This document shows positions 27,733-37,602 of a stretch of DNA of 64,000 nucleotides, in pieces. The notes below the pieces were generated by a model that saw only the letters and a list, made by a program, of their open reading frames with translations, made no database searches and was not told the DNA's origin. Position numbers and translations under genes: made by a program. Numbering within the stretch: the stretch's first letter is position 1; each line of letters opens with the position of its first letter. Source of the DNA: an archaeon (GTDB lineage: Archaea; Nanobdellota; Nanobdellia; Pacearchaeales; GW2011-AR1); assembly GCA_018651605.1 (NCBI GenBank), contig JABIDS010000009.1, positions 84,563 through 148,562 of the forward strand. The letters run 5' to 3'.

Positions 27733-29319
27733 ATGGAATTCAAACAATTAAAACTTATAGACCCTATATTGAGGGCTTTGGAAAAAAAAGGATATGTAGA
27801 GCCAACTTTGATTCAAGAGAAGACTATTCCGTTGTTGTTAGATAATAGGGATGTGATTGGGATAGCTCAGACTGGAACTGGGAAGACTGCTGCGTTTGTT
27901 GTGCCTATTTTGCAAAGATTGCATGAGGGAAAGGAGAATGTTAGGGCGACAAAACCTAAGGCATTGATTTTGGCTCCGACAAGGGAATTAGCTGTTCAGA
28001 TATCTGAGAGTTTTAATGATTATGGGACTTTTCTTGGTCTTAAACGTACGACTGTGTATGGTGGTGTTGGATTAAGGCCTCAGATAAAAGATTTGCAACG
28101 TGGAACAGATATAATTATTGCAACTCCTGGAAGATTGCTTGATTTAATGAGTCAGGGGGTTGTGGATTTGAGAGAGATAGAATTTTTTGTTTTGGATGAG
28201 GCAGATAGAATGTTGGATATGGGATTTTTGAGAGATATACAGAAAATTGCTTTGGCATTACCAAAAGTAAAGCAGTCGTTGTTTTTTTCTGCGACAATGT
28301 CTCAAGATATTACTAGATTGACTCAGAAGTTTTTGAGGGACCCTGTTAGGATGGAGGTAACTCCTCAGTCTACTCCTGTGGAAAAAATAGAGCAGTCTGT
28401 TTTTTTTATTGATCCTGAAAATAAAATTGAGTTATTGTTTGATTTAATTGAGAGTCAAAAAATGAGTTGTATGTTGGTGTTTGTAAAGACAAAACATAAG
28501 GCAGATAAGATTTCTAAAATGTTGAATCATAATCGTATAAGTTCTGATGCTATTCATGGGAACAAGTCGCAGATTCAAAGAATGCGTGCTTTGAAGGATT
28601 TTAAGGCTGGAAAAGTAAAAGTTTTAGTGGCAACAGATATTGCAGCTAGAGGAATAGATGTTGAGAATATTAGTCATGTTGTGAATTTTGATTTGCCTAA
28701 TGAGCCTGAAAATTATGTTCATAGAATTGGGAGAACTGCTCGAGCTGGAACTGAGGGTATTGCTTATTCTTTTTGTTCGTCTGAAGAAAGAGATTTTCTT
28801 AATCAAATAGAAAGAATAACTAAAACTAAAACTAATCAAATGGAGCATAAGTATCATTCGAACAAAGCTAAGAATGCTGTTGGTGTTGATGCTAAGCCTA
28901 GGCCAAGAGGGCAAGGGTTTCAAGGAAGAAATGGAAGTAGATTTAGTCGTGGTGGGAATGGTTCTAGAGGTAGAAGTTTTGGTGGTGGTTCTAAGAGTGG
29001 TTTTGGTGGGGGTAAAAGTGGTGGGAATGGTTTTGGTGGTAATCGTGGCGAAAGTCGTAGTGGTTTTGGAAGTTCTAATAATAGTGGAAGTAGATTTAAT
29101 CGAGATTCAAGTGAAAAAAGATTTAGTAATGATAGTGGAAGTTCAAATAATAATGGGAGAAGTCAGAGTGTTAGAAAAAAATTTGATAAAAGATTTATGG
29201 GAAGTGGGAAAAATACTAAAAGTAAATATGGTAAAAATAAAGGGAATAGATCTCGGTTTGGTTCAAAAGTATCTGGTTCAAGTAGAGTGAGATCTGGAAG
29301 AACTAGTAGTAGAAGGTAA
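27733..29319 (+). CDS. DEAD-box RNA helicase with G/S/R-rich C-terminal tail
   Basis: AQTGTGKTAAF, VLDEADRM, SAT and HRIGRTARAG motifs, with about 150 aa of Gly/Ser/Arg/Asn tail. Confidence 0.9.
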   Translation: MEFKQLKLIDPILRALEKKGYVEPTLIQEKTIPLLLDNRDVIGIAQTGTGKTAAFVVPILQRLHEGKENVRATKPKALILAPTRELAVQISESFNDYGTFLGLKRTTVYGGVGLRPQIKDLQRGTDIIIATPGRLLDLMSQGVVDLREIEFFVLDEADRMLDMGFLRDIQKIALALPKVKQSLFFSATMSQDITRLTQKFLRDPVRMEVTPQSTPVEKIEQSVFFIDPENKIELLFDLIESQKMSCMLVFVKTKHKADKISKMLNHNRISSDAIHGNKSQIQRMRALKDFKAGKVKVLVATDIAARGIDVENISHVVNFDLPNEPENYVHRIGRTARAGTEGIAYSFCSSEERDFLNQIERITKTKTNQMEHKYHSNKAKNAVGVDAKPRPRGQGFQGRNGSRFSRGGNGSRGRSFGGGSKSGFGGGKSGGNGFGGNRGESRSGFGSSNNSGSRFNRDSSEKRFSNDSGSSNNNGRSQSVRKKFDKRFMGSGKNTKSKYGKNKGNRSRFGSKVSGSSRVRSGRTSSRR

Positions 29320-29342
29320 AATTTTTAATCCTTAATAATATT

Positions 29343-29486
29343 TTATCTATTTTCATTAGCTAATTTTATTTTTCCGCAATCTTCTTTGCATTTGCAGTTA
29401 CGGCAGATTCCTGAATTATCTGACCATTCGTTTGTTCCGTAACAAGCCTTTGTTGATTGCATTTGTTCTAATTTGTTTTTAGTCAT
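29343..29486 (-). CDS. possible small Cys-rich protein (47 aa)
   Basis: Hand-translated: MTKNKLEQMQSTKACYGTNEWSDNSGICRNCKCKEDCGKIKLANENR. Below the length cutoff of the ORF track. Confidence 0.3.
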   Translation of the reverse strand: MTKNKLEQMQSTKACYGTNEWSDNSGICRNCKCKEDCGKIKLANENR

Positions 29487-29545
29487 AGAATATTAGGTAT
29501 TTTAGGGTTTATATTTGCTTGGTATTGCTAATGAGTATCCAAAAG

Positions 29546-29553
29546 TTTAAAAA
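29546..29553 (+). promoter_or_regulatory. TATA box for tRNA-Asp
   Basis: tttaaaaa ends 27 nt upstream of the tRNA 5' end. Confidence 0.5.
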
Positions 29554-29579
29554 TGCTTAATGATAGGGTATTTTATCAA

Positions 29580-29651
29580 GCCCCGGTAGTATAGCGGTTA
29601 GTACTCTACCCTGTCACGGTAGCATCCCGAGTTCAATTCTCGGCCGGGGCG
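29580..29651 (+). tRNA. tRNA-Asp (GUC)
   Basis: Cloverleaf read by hand: acceptor gccccgg/ccggggc, D stem gtat/gtac, anticodon stem ctacc/ggtag with loop ctGTCac, T arm ccgag-ttcaatt-ctcgg. No encoded CCA. Confidence 0.9.
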
Positions 29652-29721
29652 TTTTCTTTACTAAGGTTTTCAAGGGAGAGATTTGGGGGGGAGAGTTTAA
29701 TTCGAGCATTTGCACTTTAAA

Positions 29722-29770
29722 GGTTATCAAGGGTTTAGAAAGGGAAAAGTGGAAGTGCGAGTAAGCCTGG
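29722..29770 (-). repeat. mosaic repeat, truncated module A fragment in inverted orientation
   Basis: The reverse complement ccaggcttactcgcacttccacttttccctttctaaacccttgataacc parallels gccgtgtttcgcactttccctttcc...ttgaaatc. Confidence 0.6.
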
Positions 29771-29784
29771 GTGTTTTTGAAGTT

Positions 29785-32700
29785 TTATCTACGTTTTTTA
29801 GTGATTTTCCACATTTTCTTTTTTGAAATTATTTTAAATATTAGAATAATTAAAAGTATTATTATCGCTGTTATGCCTGGGGTCCATCTTGTTGGTTTAG
29901 AAGTTTTTTCTTCAGTTAATTTTTCAACTTCTTCTTCATATCCTACTATTGCAAAATAACTAAAGCCAGGGGTTATTGTTTCATAATATGCATAATCACT
30001 ATCTTTATTCAAAAAATTTGTTTCAAGTTTTTCCCACTCTGATGAATATCTTAGTATTTTAACTGATTCTGGTTTAAATTTTTCATCAAACCACGATGAT
30101 GAAATTTTGAATTCGATTATTGCTTTGCTTATTTCTTTGTTGTCAATATTTTTTGTGTTGATAATTAAGTATTGGTATATTTTTCCTTTTGGTTTTGGCA
30201 TATCTAATAAGTTATTTATTGAAGAAACCTCTATTCTACTATTAATTTTTGAATTCTTTAATTTTAAAGTAATTTTATTAATGGCAATTTTTTCTTTGTC
30301 AATATTTAGATCATATTTTTTATTTGCTTCCATTTTACTCCAAACATTAATTATTGTTTCAATTTTGTTTGACTGTGTTGTTGAGATGGATCCTCCTGAG
30401 CTCGAGGTTGTTGTTGGCGAGATACTTTGTTCAATATTAGAACCATAGTAAATTGTAACACTTTCAGATATTGTTGAATTGTCCTTTGTTTGAACATATA
30501 TTTCGCTTGTGTTCTCTGCTCTTATTTTTTTGCTTAGTCTATGTGATGCTCCAGTCCTAACTCTAAAAGTTCCGTGGTATTCGTTTGTGTTTATTCCTGT
30601 TTCGTATGCTTTTATTGGAACTGCAATTGAGGAATCTGTACTATTTATGAGTACGGTAATAATGTCTTTTATTCCTGGGTCTCCTCCTGTTGCAGCAATA
30701 TTAACATATAATGGATCATTAATATTAACATAAACTATTCCTGAATTGTCCGAACCTGTATAATCCGATTCATCAGTTATTTTTATTGTGGAGATTGTTT
30801 TTGCAACAAAATCTTCTCCTGTACCATAGATTAGATAGATTCTTCCAGCATCATTTGCCCCGTAGTCATTATTAGTTGAGTCAATAACAAAGTCTTCATA
30901 CCCATCATTATTAATATCTCCTAGGCCATCCATTTCATAGGCTCCATCATCCTCATATTCTCCAATCCATGAAGCATTTGCATTGCTTATACTTGTTCTC
31001 ATTGAAAGTCCTGTTGGGCTTCCATAAACTAATTGCACTTCTCCAACTGATCCTAAGTCTGGCCTATAATTACCCATAAATAAATCATCCCACCCATCAC
31101 CATTTACATCACCAATAAATGAGTTTGATGACAGAGAATCACCACTGCGTTCGCCATACCATGAAGCATTTGCCGAACTAACATTATAGTTTCCAGCGTA
31201 AGATATTGGACTGCCGAATATTAAATATGTTTGACCTGCTCCAGATGCACCATAATCATTACTGCCACTATAAAAAATAATGTCAGCAATCCCATCTCCA
31301 TTAATATCTCCTGAGGATGCACTCCTAGCCCAATCCCCATCTGCTTCACCATACCATGAAACACTAACATCACTAACATTTGTTCTCATAGAAAATCCAT
31401 TTGATGAACCATAAACTAGATATATTTGTCCAGAATCATAGATTCCCATTGGAGATGTGAGCAATAAATCATCGTATCCGTCGTTATTAATATCTCCTGC
31501 ATAACTTGTGCCATATCCCAACCAGTCAGAAGCTTTTGCGCCATACCAGGAGGCATTCACTTCACTTACATTATAGTTTCCAGCGTAAGATATTGGACTA
31601 CCTAATATTAAATATGTTTGACCTGCTGAGTCTCCACCATAATCATCTCTAAAATGGTCAATAACAAAGTCGTCATACCCATCTCCATTAAAATCTCCTA
31701 TTCCTTCTGCCAGTGTATTCTCACTACTTTCAATAGATTCACGACTCCAAGAGGCATTTGCAGTACTGACATTTATTCTTCCAGAAAATATAGTTTCTCT
31801 TCCGTATATTAAATTAGTTCTCCCTATCCCTTCTTTTGCTACTGATGTATATCCATATGAGGGAATTAATAGATCATCATAACCATCCCCATTTATATCC
31901 CCTGCATATGACGTGCCTCTTCCAAGATCATCTTTACGATAGGCACCATACCACGAAGCATTTGATTCATTTACATTCATTGTACCACTAAATGTGTTAG
32001 TATTCCCATAAAAGAGATATACACTTCCAGTGTCAGATCCTCCATAACTATTATCTTCAGAGTATAAAATAAAATCTGAGTAACCATCATTATTAATGTC
32101 TCCAACATAGCTCCCACCCTCTAAATTGTCTCCACTATTTTCTCCATACCAACTTGCATTTGCCCCACACAATAGAGACATTTCATCTTCAAAATCAGTC
32201 CTGCCCCCACAATAATATATGCTATAGTTTTCATCTCCAAAAGCACAATTCCCTCCAATATCGCAAAGATAATAATTCCAATAATTTTCTCCAAAAGAAC
32301 TAAGCTCTATAGTCATATTACTATTGTTTTTTGTTCCTGTAATTTCTGTTGTTGAGAAATTATATAGTCCTTCCCGATCCCAAACATAAAGAGTCGCATT
32401 CTTTAAGTCAATAGAGGTAAAAGGATTAGAACTTAAATTCGCAACGAAATATTGTGTAGCCTCATAAGTGTAATCTTCTCCATCTAGGGGAGATATTAGT
32501 TCTACCTCTAATTCATTTAATCTGTATATTGTAACATTTGTTTCTTGTGTTTGATTACTTTTGCTCATATTACTGGTTAGATTAACATAAGAATAAAAGT
32601 TAAAAGTATTAGAACCCGCTGTTGCATTTACCCAGAAGGTAACCACTTCACTTTCTCCTTCAGAAATTGAGATATTGTATGGATTAGTTGACATATTTGT

Positions 32701-33729
32701 ATAGAAAGGAATTGCCCCAGTAGTTGTATTAATGAGGCCCCCAACATCTATATATAAACTATAATCTTCAACCTCGTTATAATCAGGAGCATTACAAGCA
32801 AGTTCATTTTCACCATATTCTGCAACGAGTCTAAACATTGTCGGTCCTGGAGCCGCACCTACAGGAACTGTAATATTTTTAGAGATTACGGTTCCATCGG
32901 TAGCTGTTCCACCCATTTCGTATCTTTCAGTAGTCTCGCTAAATACTTGGTCCTGATTCCAATCAAAAAAAGCTACTACATAATCAGTATAACCGTCATC
33001 AACATACAATGTAACATTTAATTCATAAGTTGTACCAAGAGTTAATAAGGTTATATTACTTGTCGCATCCAGATATCCTTCATTATCTCCTGAAGTATAA
33101 TCTATTTCATTAAATACTACTCTATCAATATATTCACCATAAGAGGTGTCTCCGCCAGTATTACTGCAATAAGTACTAGCATTAACGTCTGAACCTACGC
33201 CTGTCAAGAGTGCTAGACTCACATTAACCTCTCCACAACTTCCAGTTAAACAAGTTACATTAATGGTATAATTAAAAAAGTTATTTTGACTAATATTAAT
33301 ATTGCTTGTGGGATAAATAATTTCTAATCCTATTGATGAAGTATTTGTTGTCAAACTATAAATTGCTGTTTGATTCCAATTGTTTGATGTGTCATTTGCA
33401 TACCATCTATAGCCGATTACAGTTCCCTCTGTTTCATTTAGTGTTTTTGTTAGGTTTGCCCAAGAAGGTGTTGTGCTAAATGCTGTCCAGGTATCATTAA
33501 TCCAACTTCCAGTATTATTAGTTGAAAAAATATATCCTCCTGTAGGGTGTAGTGCTGTTCCATCTGTCCAATAAGAATAAAATTTTGCTGTGGAGTTTGC
33601 CAAGGTGGTGTTTACTCCAAAAAGGGAATATGCTGGATCTGCGTTTACCATTATGGTGAGAAAGATTAGTGTGATTATAATTAATGTAAGTGCTAATGTA
33701 GTCTTATGATGTCTTGTGCCTCTTTTCAT
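29785..33729 (-). CDS. giant surface protein: signal/TM, sequon-rich region, GEVED-like domain, ~7 FG-GAP repeats, PGF-pre-PGF-like domain, C-terminal TM anchor
   Basis: Repeated GDINxDGYDD calcium-loop motifs; FDWNQDQVF (GEVED-like); PGFSYFAIVG followed by a TM helix and KKK; many N-x-S/T sequons. Confidence 0.85.
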   Translation of the reverse strand: MKRGTRHHKTTLALTLIIITLIFLTIMVNADPAYSLFGVNTTLANSTAKFYSYWTDGTALHPTGGYIFSTNNTGSWINDTWTAFSTTPSWANLTKTLNETEGTVIGYRWYANDTSNNWNQTAIYSLTTNTSSIGLEIIYPTSNINISQNNFFNYTINVTCLTGSCGEVNVSLALLTGVGSDVNASTYCSNTGGDTSYGEYIDRVVFNEIDYTSGDNEGYLDATSNITLLTLGTTYELNVTLYVDDGYTDYVVAFFDWNQDQVFSETTERYEMGGTATDGTVISKNITVPVGAAPGPTMFRLVAEYGENELACNAPDYNEVEDYSLYIDVGGLINTTTGAIPFYTNMSTNPYNISISEGESEVVTFWVNATAGSNTFNFYSYVNLTSNMSKSNQTQETNVTIYRLNELEVELISPLDGEDYTYEATQYFVANLSSNPFTSIDLKNATLYVWDREGLYNFSTTEITGTKNNSNMTIELSSFGENYWNYYLCDIGGNCAFGDENYSIYYCGGRTDFEDEMSLLCGANASWYGENSGDNLEGGSYVGDINNDGYSDFILYSEDNSYGGSDTGSVYLFYGNTNTFSGTMNVNESNASWYGAYRKDDLGRGTSYAGDINGDGYDDLLIPSYGYTSVAKEGIGRTNLIYGRETIFSGRINVSTANASWSRESIESSENTLAEGIGDFNGDGYDDFVIDHFRDDYGGDSAGQTYLILGSPISYAGNYNVSEVNASWYGAKASDWLGYGTSYAGDINNDGYDDLLLTSPMGIYDSGQIYLVYGSSNGFSMRTNVSDVSVSWYGEADGDWARSASSGDINGDGIADIIFYSGSNDYGASGAGQTYLIFGSPISYAGNYNVSSANASWYGERSGDSLSSNSFIGDVNGDGWDDLFMGNYRPDLGSVGEVQLVYGSPTGLSMRTSISNANASWIGEYEDDGAYEMDGLGDINNDGYEDFVIDSTNNDYGANDAGRIYLIYGTGEDFVAKTISTIKITDESDYTGSDNSGIVYVNINDPLYVNIAATGGDPGIKDIITVLINSTDSSIAVPIKAYETGINTNEYHGTFRVRTGASHRLSKKIRAENTSEIYVQTKDNSTISESVTIYYGSNIEQSISPTTTSSSGGSISTTQSNKIETIINVWSKMEANKKYDLNIDKEKIAINKITLKLKNSKINSRIEVSSINNLLDMPKPKGKIYQYLIINTKNIDNKEISKAIIEFKISSSWFDEKFKPESVKILRYSSEWEKLETNFLNKDSDYAYYETITPGFSYFAIVGYEEEVEKLTEEKTSKPTRWTPGITAIIILLIILIFKIISKKKMWKITKKRR

Positions 33730-33968
33730 TATAATACCTCGTTCTTCATTTTTATGGTTAGTAAAAACAGATATATAAAATTATTTATTTTTTTAACTAG
33801 AAGAAGCATGGGGAATTGAGAATAATCTATCACTCCCCATCATTGTAATTCAGAAAATCAAATCCACCAATTAACAGGATTGAGTAAAAATACTACTTTC
33901 CTGTACAGGCGTTTTCTTATACTTTTTCCCAACAAATTTAAATAAGCCCTAAACCTGTTATGTAAAAG

Positions 33969-35024
33969 ATGGTAGTTAGAAGAAAAAATGAGAAGATTAA
34001 GAGAAAACCTTCTAGAAAACAATTGGCATCTCAACAATCAGTTGTTGAACAAAAAGATGCGTCTGCTATGACATTTTTTTTGACAATGATTTTAATTTTT
34101 ATGATTATTGCTCTTTTAGGAGTGTCTGTTTATTTTATTTATCTTAATATGCCTGGCGAGGCCTTGAGATTGAATGTTGAATTGCCTGAGATTAATAATG
34201 AGAATACTGTGTTAAGGTCGTCTTTTTCAGAGCAGTTTTATCCTAATATGAAATTTAATCATAATAATATTTCTTATAGTATGGATTTTAATTGTGGAGA
34301 TGTAAAGAAAGAGAGGATGCTTAGTGCTTTTGGAGATATTTCTTTGAAAATTCCTATTGTGAATTTTATTGAGGTTCGTGATAATCCGGATATTGAAGTG
34401 AGTTGTTCTGGTGAGGAGAAGGAATCGTTGAGGGAGGATTTTTTTATTGCTGGTGAAGGTGGGGCAAGGGAAATAATTCAAACAGATAAATATAATGTTA
34501 TAACTGAAGGGGTTATATTATTATATGATGATGATGGAAATAATGATTTACAGGAATGTGAATGGCCTAATGTTGAGATTCATGAGCTTATGCATGTTTT
34601 TGGATTTAATCATTCTGAAGATGAGCAAAGTATAATGTATCCTTATTTAGAGGATTGTGAGCAGGTTTTGGATTTAGCTATAGTTGAGAGATTGAGAGAG
34701 CTTTATTCTGAAGAGAACTTAGCAGATTTATATTTTGAAGAAGTGAATGTTATAAAACGGGGGAGGTATCTTGATTTTAATTTGACTGTTAAGAATTCTG
34801 GGTTAATTAATGCTAAAAATGTTAGTATAAGTATTTTGGATGAGGGGAAGATTATTGAAGAGAATGATTTGGGGGAGATAAATTATGGTGCAGGTATTTC
34901 TTTGAGTATTTCTGGTTTGAAATTAGCTCGGAAAAATCCAGAGGAGATAATGTTTGTAATTGATAAAGATGACAATATAAAAGAGATGGATGATAAAAAT
35001 AATATAGTAAAAATAAAGTTATAA
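33969..35024 (+). CDS. membrane-anchored matrixin-like zinc metalloprotease with CARDB-like C-terminal domain
   Basis: HELMHVFGFNH (HExxHxxGxxH) followed by the Met-turn SIMYP. N-terminal TM helix. Confidence 0.8.
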   Translation: MVVRRKNEKIKRKPSRKQLASQQSVVEQKDASAMTFFLTMILIFMIIALLGVSVYFIYLNMPGEALRLNVELPEINNENTVLRSSFSEQFYPNMKFNHNNISYSMDFNCGDVKKERMLSAFGDISLKIPIVNFIEVRDNPDIEVSCSGEEKESLREDFFIAGEGGAREIIQTDKYNVITEGVILLYDDDGNNDLQECEWPNVEIHELMHVFGFNHSEDEQSIMYPYLEDCEQVLDLAIVERLRELYSEENLADLYFEEVNVIKRGRYLDFNLTVKNSGLINAKNVSISILDEGKIIEENDLGEINYGAGISLSISGLKLARKNPEEIMFVIDKDDNIKEMDDKNNIVKIKL

Positions 35025-35047
35025 AAAATAAAAATAAGTTAAAAGAA

Positions 35048-35296
35048 TTATTCGGCAGACTCTTCTGCTTTTTCTTCTTCTGGCGCTTCTTCAGTTGCTT
35101 CTGCTTCTTCAGCTGCAGGTTCTTCTGCTGCTTCTTCAGCTGCAGGTTCTTCTTCAGTTGCTTCTTCAGCTGCAGGTTCTTCTTCAGTTGCTTCTTCAGT
35201 TTCTTCTGCTGCTTCTTCAGCTGCAGGTTCTTCTTCAGTTGCTTCTTCAGCTTCTGCTTCAGGCGCTTCTTCTTGTGTTTTTTCTTCTTCTTCCAT
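35048..35296 (-). CDS. acidic tandem-repeat protein (82 aa)
   Basis: ATEEEPAAEE decapeptide repeats from a 30-nt DNA repeat. TATA-like ttttataaat lies about 30 nt upstream of the ATG on the minus strand. Confidence 0.5.
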   Translation of the reverse strand: MEEEEKTQEEAPEAEAEEATEEEPAAEEAAEETEEATEEEPAAEEATEEEPAAEEAAEEPAAEEAEATEEAPEEEKAEESAE

Positions 35297-35425
35297 TTTT
35301 TTTTAAGAACAAATTTAATTAATTTATAAAATAGGTTTTACTTTTTAAACCTTTGTGAAATAGATTTACTCTTTTGCAGAGTGACAGATTGGTAGGTTGG
35401 GTTGTTAGAAGGTTTTGGTTGAGAA

Positions 35426-35593
35426 TTATTTATTTTTTGGAAGATTATCTGAAATGGATTTTTCTAAATCATCTTTGGCTTTTTTCCATTTTTTTGTTTT
35501 GCTTTTGACTTCTGTTTCTAGTTCTTCATCATTTACTTGATAATCTCGATTACTGCATGTTGCTTGTTGGAATTCTAGTTCTTTGAATTTCAT
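35426..35593 (-). CDS. possible small protein (55 aa)
   Basis: Hand-translated MKFKELEFQQATCSNRDYQVNDEELETEVKSKTKKWKKAKDDLEKSISDNLPKNK. Below the track cutoff. Confidence 0.3.
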   Translation of the reverse strand: MKFKELEFQQATCSNRDYQVNDEELETEVKSKTKKWKKAKDDLEKSISDNLPKNK

Positions 35594-35745
35594 TTTATGT
35601 TATTTGTAAGGGAAGGATATATTTAAGTTTTTGGATTGGAGGTGGGGGTTTGGTTGTTGTAATGTTATGAAAGAGTTTATTGATTGGGAGAAGATTTAAA
35701 TATGGTAAGTTTTTACTTAGATTAGCTCTGTTAGTGGAGTTTAAA

Positions 35746-35818
35746 CCCTCGATCGTATAATGGTTTATTACAGGCGGCTGTAGACCGCTTAATGCGAGTT
35801 CGATTCTTGCTCGAGGGA
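35746..35818 (+). tRNA. tRNA-Tyr (GUA)
   Basis: Acceptor ccctcga/tcgaggg with the C1-G72 pair typical of archaeal tRNA-Tyr; anticodon stem ggcgg/ccgct with loop ctGTAga; T arm gcgag-ttcgatt-cttgc; discriminator A. Confidence 0.85.
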
Positions 35819-35819
35819 T
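35808..35819 (+). repeat. attL core (tgctcgagggat) at 3' end of tRNA-Tyr
   Basis: Exact 12-bp repeat of 50573-50584. Extends to 18/21 matches (35799-35819 vs 50564-50584). Confidence 0.75.
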
Positions 35820-35845
35820 TGATGTATATGTTCGTGTTTGGTAAG

Positions 35846-35853
35846 ATTTATAA
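35846..35853 (+). promoter_or_regulatory. TATA box for integrase gene
   Basis: atttataa is centred 26 nt upstream of ATG 35876. Confidence 0.45.
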
Positions 35854-35875
35854 GGAAAAGGTTAGTAGATAATTC

Positions 35876-36970
35876 ATGGCGTTAGAAAACCAATACAAAA
35901 GAAGAAAAGAAGAATTATTAAATAATGTTTCTCCTTCAAATAAAAAATTATTTAATAAGTTCTTTGAATGGGAAGAGAACAAATTAAAGAGGAGTAATGG
36001 TATCTCAGAAATAGACGAAAGAAGCTATAAAACCCTTATTCTCTACATTCATTATTTTAAAAATTTAAATAAATGGTTTAAAGGAAAAGATTGGAAGAAG
36101 CTAACAAAAAAAGATATTAGAAAAGTATATGATGATTTAGAAGAGGGAAGAATAAAAAAATCCAATGGGGAACCTATGAAAGACAAGGTTTCTTATTACA
36201 ATAAAGTTTTCAAATCCAAGCCTTTTTCTCTTGCAGGAAAAAAAGATATTGCAGAAGAGGTTATTGAATTTACAGCCCCACAAATAGAACCAGTAAGATT
36301 TATTACTGAAGAAGATTTTAAAAAATTAGTTAAGGTTGTAGGTTTAAATTTTAAATTAATGTTTTGGTTGTTATGGGACATAGGAGAAAATGTAGGGTCT
36401 ATATTAGATTTAAGAAAAAAGAACTTTGTTAGAAAGATTGATGAAAATAAAGAACCAGAATATCATGTAATTCTTAACAAAGAAATTCTTAAAAGAAGTA
36501 GAACTCCTAGAACTGAACCAACACATTATAAGGAAACTGTTGAATTATTAGATTTAGTTTTACGAGACTTAAAAGATGATGATAAAATCTTTAATTTCGG
36601 AATGAGATATGCTGAACAAATTATGAAAAAAGCAGTTAATAAAACTAAAATTAAATGTAAACCTTCTGGAGAACAACCAACTATCAAAGATTTAAGAAGT
36701 GGAATGGCTTGTCATCTTTTATCAGAATGGGGATTTTCCACAGATGAACTTAAATCAAGATTAGGACATAAACCTTCTAGTAGGGCTATAGATAAATATG
36801 TTAATTATCTTGCTTTAAATAAGGTCCAACCAAAAAGAAAAATTTATGAGAGCAATATTAAACAATTGGAAACAGAAATTAAAGAGATGAGAGAAAGAGA
36901 AAAAATAAAAGATAGGAAAGTTCAAAAGCTTCAGGAGTTCTTAGATAAAATGGAGAAGAGGTTTAAATAA
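35876..36970 (+). CDS. tyrosine recombinase / integrase
   Basis: C-terminal catalytic pattern: DLRSGMACHLL (R, H), RLGHKPSS (H) and IDKYVNY (Y). Sits next to the tRNA att site. Confidence 0.8.
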   Translation: MALENQYKRRKEELLNNVSPSNKKLFNKFFEWEENKLKRSNGISEIDERSYKTLILYIHYFKNLNKWFKGKDWKKLTKKDIRKVYDDLEEGRIKKSNGEPMKDKVSYYNKVFKSKPFSLAGKKDIAEEVIEFTAPQIEPVRFITEEDFKKLVKVVGLNFKLMFWLLWDIGENVGSILDLRKKNFVRKIDENKEPEYHVILNKEILKRSRTPRTEPTHYKETVELLDLVLRDLKDDDKIFNFGMRYAEQIMKKAVNKTKIKCKPSGEQPTIKDLRSGMACHLLSEWGFSTDELKSRLGHKPSSRAIDKYVNYLALNKVQPKRKIYESNIKQLETEIKEMREREKIKDRKVQKLQEFLDKMEKRFK

Positions 36971-37602
36971 TTTGAACAAAAGTTCTTCTAAAGAATAAAT
37001 ATTCACACATAGTTTATTGGGGAGTTCTATTATCTTCATATATCCGTGAAACAATTAGAGATTTTGAAAACATGAAACTAATTTTCTACTTCTCATATTA
37101 TAATCTTCCTTATTTTATTTATAGTCTTTCTTTATCCATTTTCTTTTACGTTTTTTAATTGCTTCTTTTTTATCAAGTTCCTTTTCATTCTTATTTCATT
37201 CTATGAATTCTTTAGTATCTATTTCTTGCTGGAAAAAATCTTTGAGCATCTGGCACATTTGTATTTTCTTCTGCGTTCTAGAAGTACTAAAGATTAAAAG
37301 CAGTTTGGACATTTTGGTTGTAGATTTAATTTTTGCATGAGTGTTAATAGGTGGAGAAGTATTTACGTTTTGTTGAAATAGTAGCTTTTTTCTAGACCAA
37401 AAGACTTTTAAAAGGTATATACCTTGTATATTAGAGTATTTTCAGTTATGACTTAAAGAGTATACAGATTAATAAAAAGGTAAATGTAACCTTAAGTAAG
37501 CAAGAAATAAACGTCCCTTTTTTTCACAAATAAATGAGGATTTTTTTATTTATAAAACCTTGTAATCACTTTAAAACAACACTAAATTTTAAAACAAAAA
37601 AA

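Noticed and set aside
35095-35322. 75-aa plus-strand ORF (LLLQLQ...).
   Set aside because: It is the antisense reading of the 30-nt acidic tandem repeat. The minus-strand frame has a TATA box and a plausible start.
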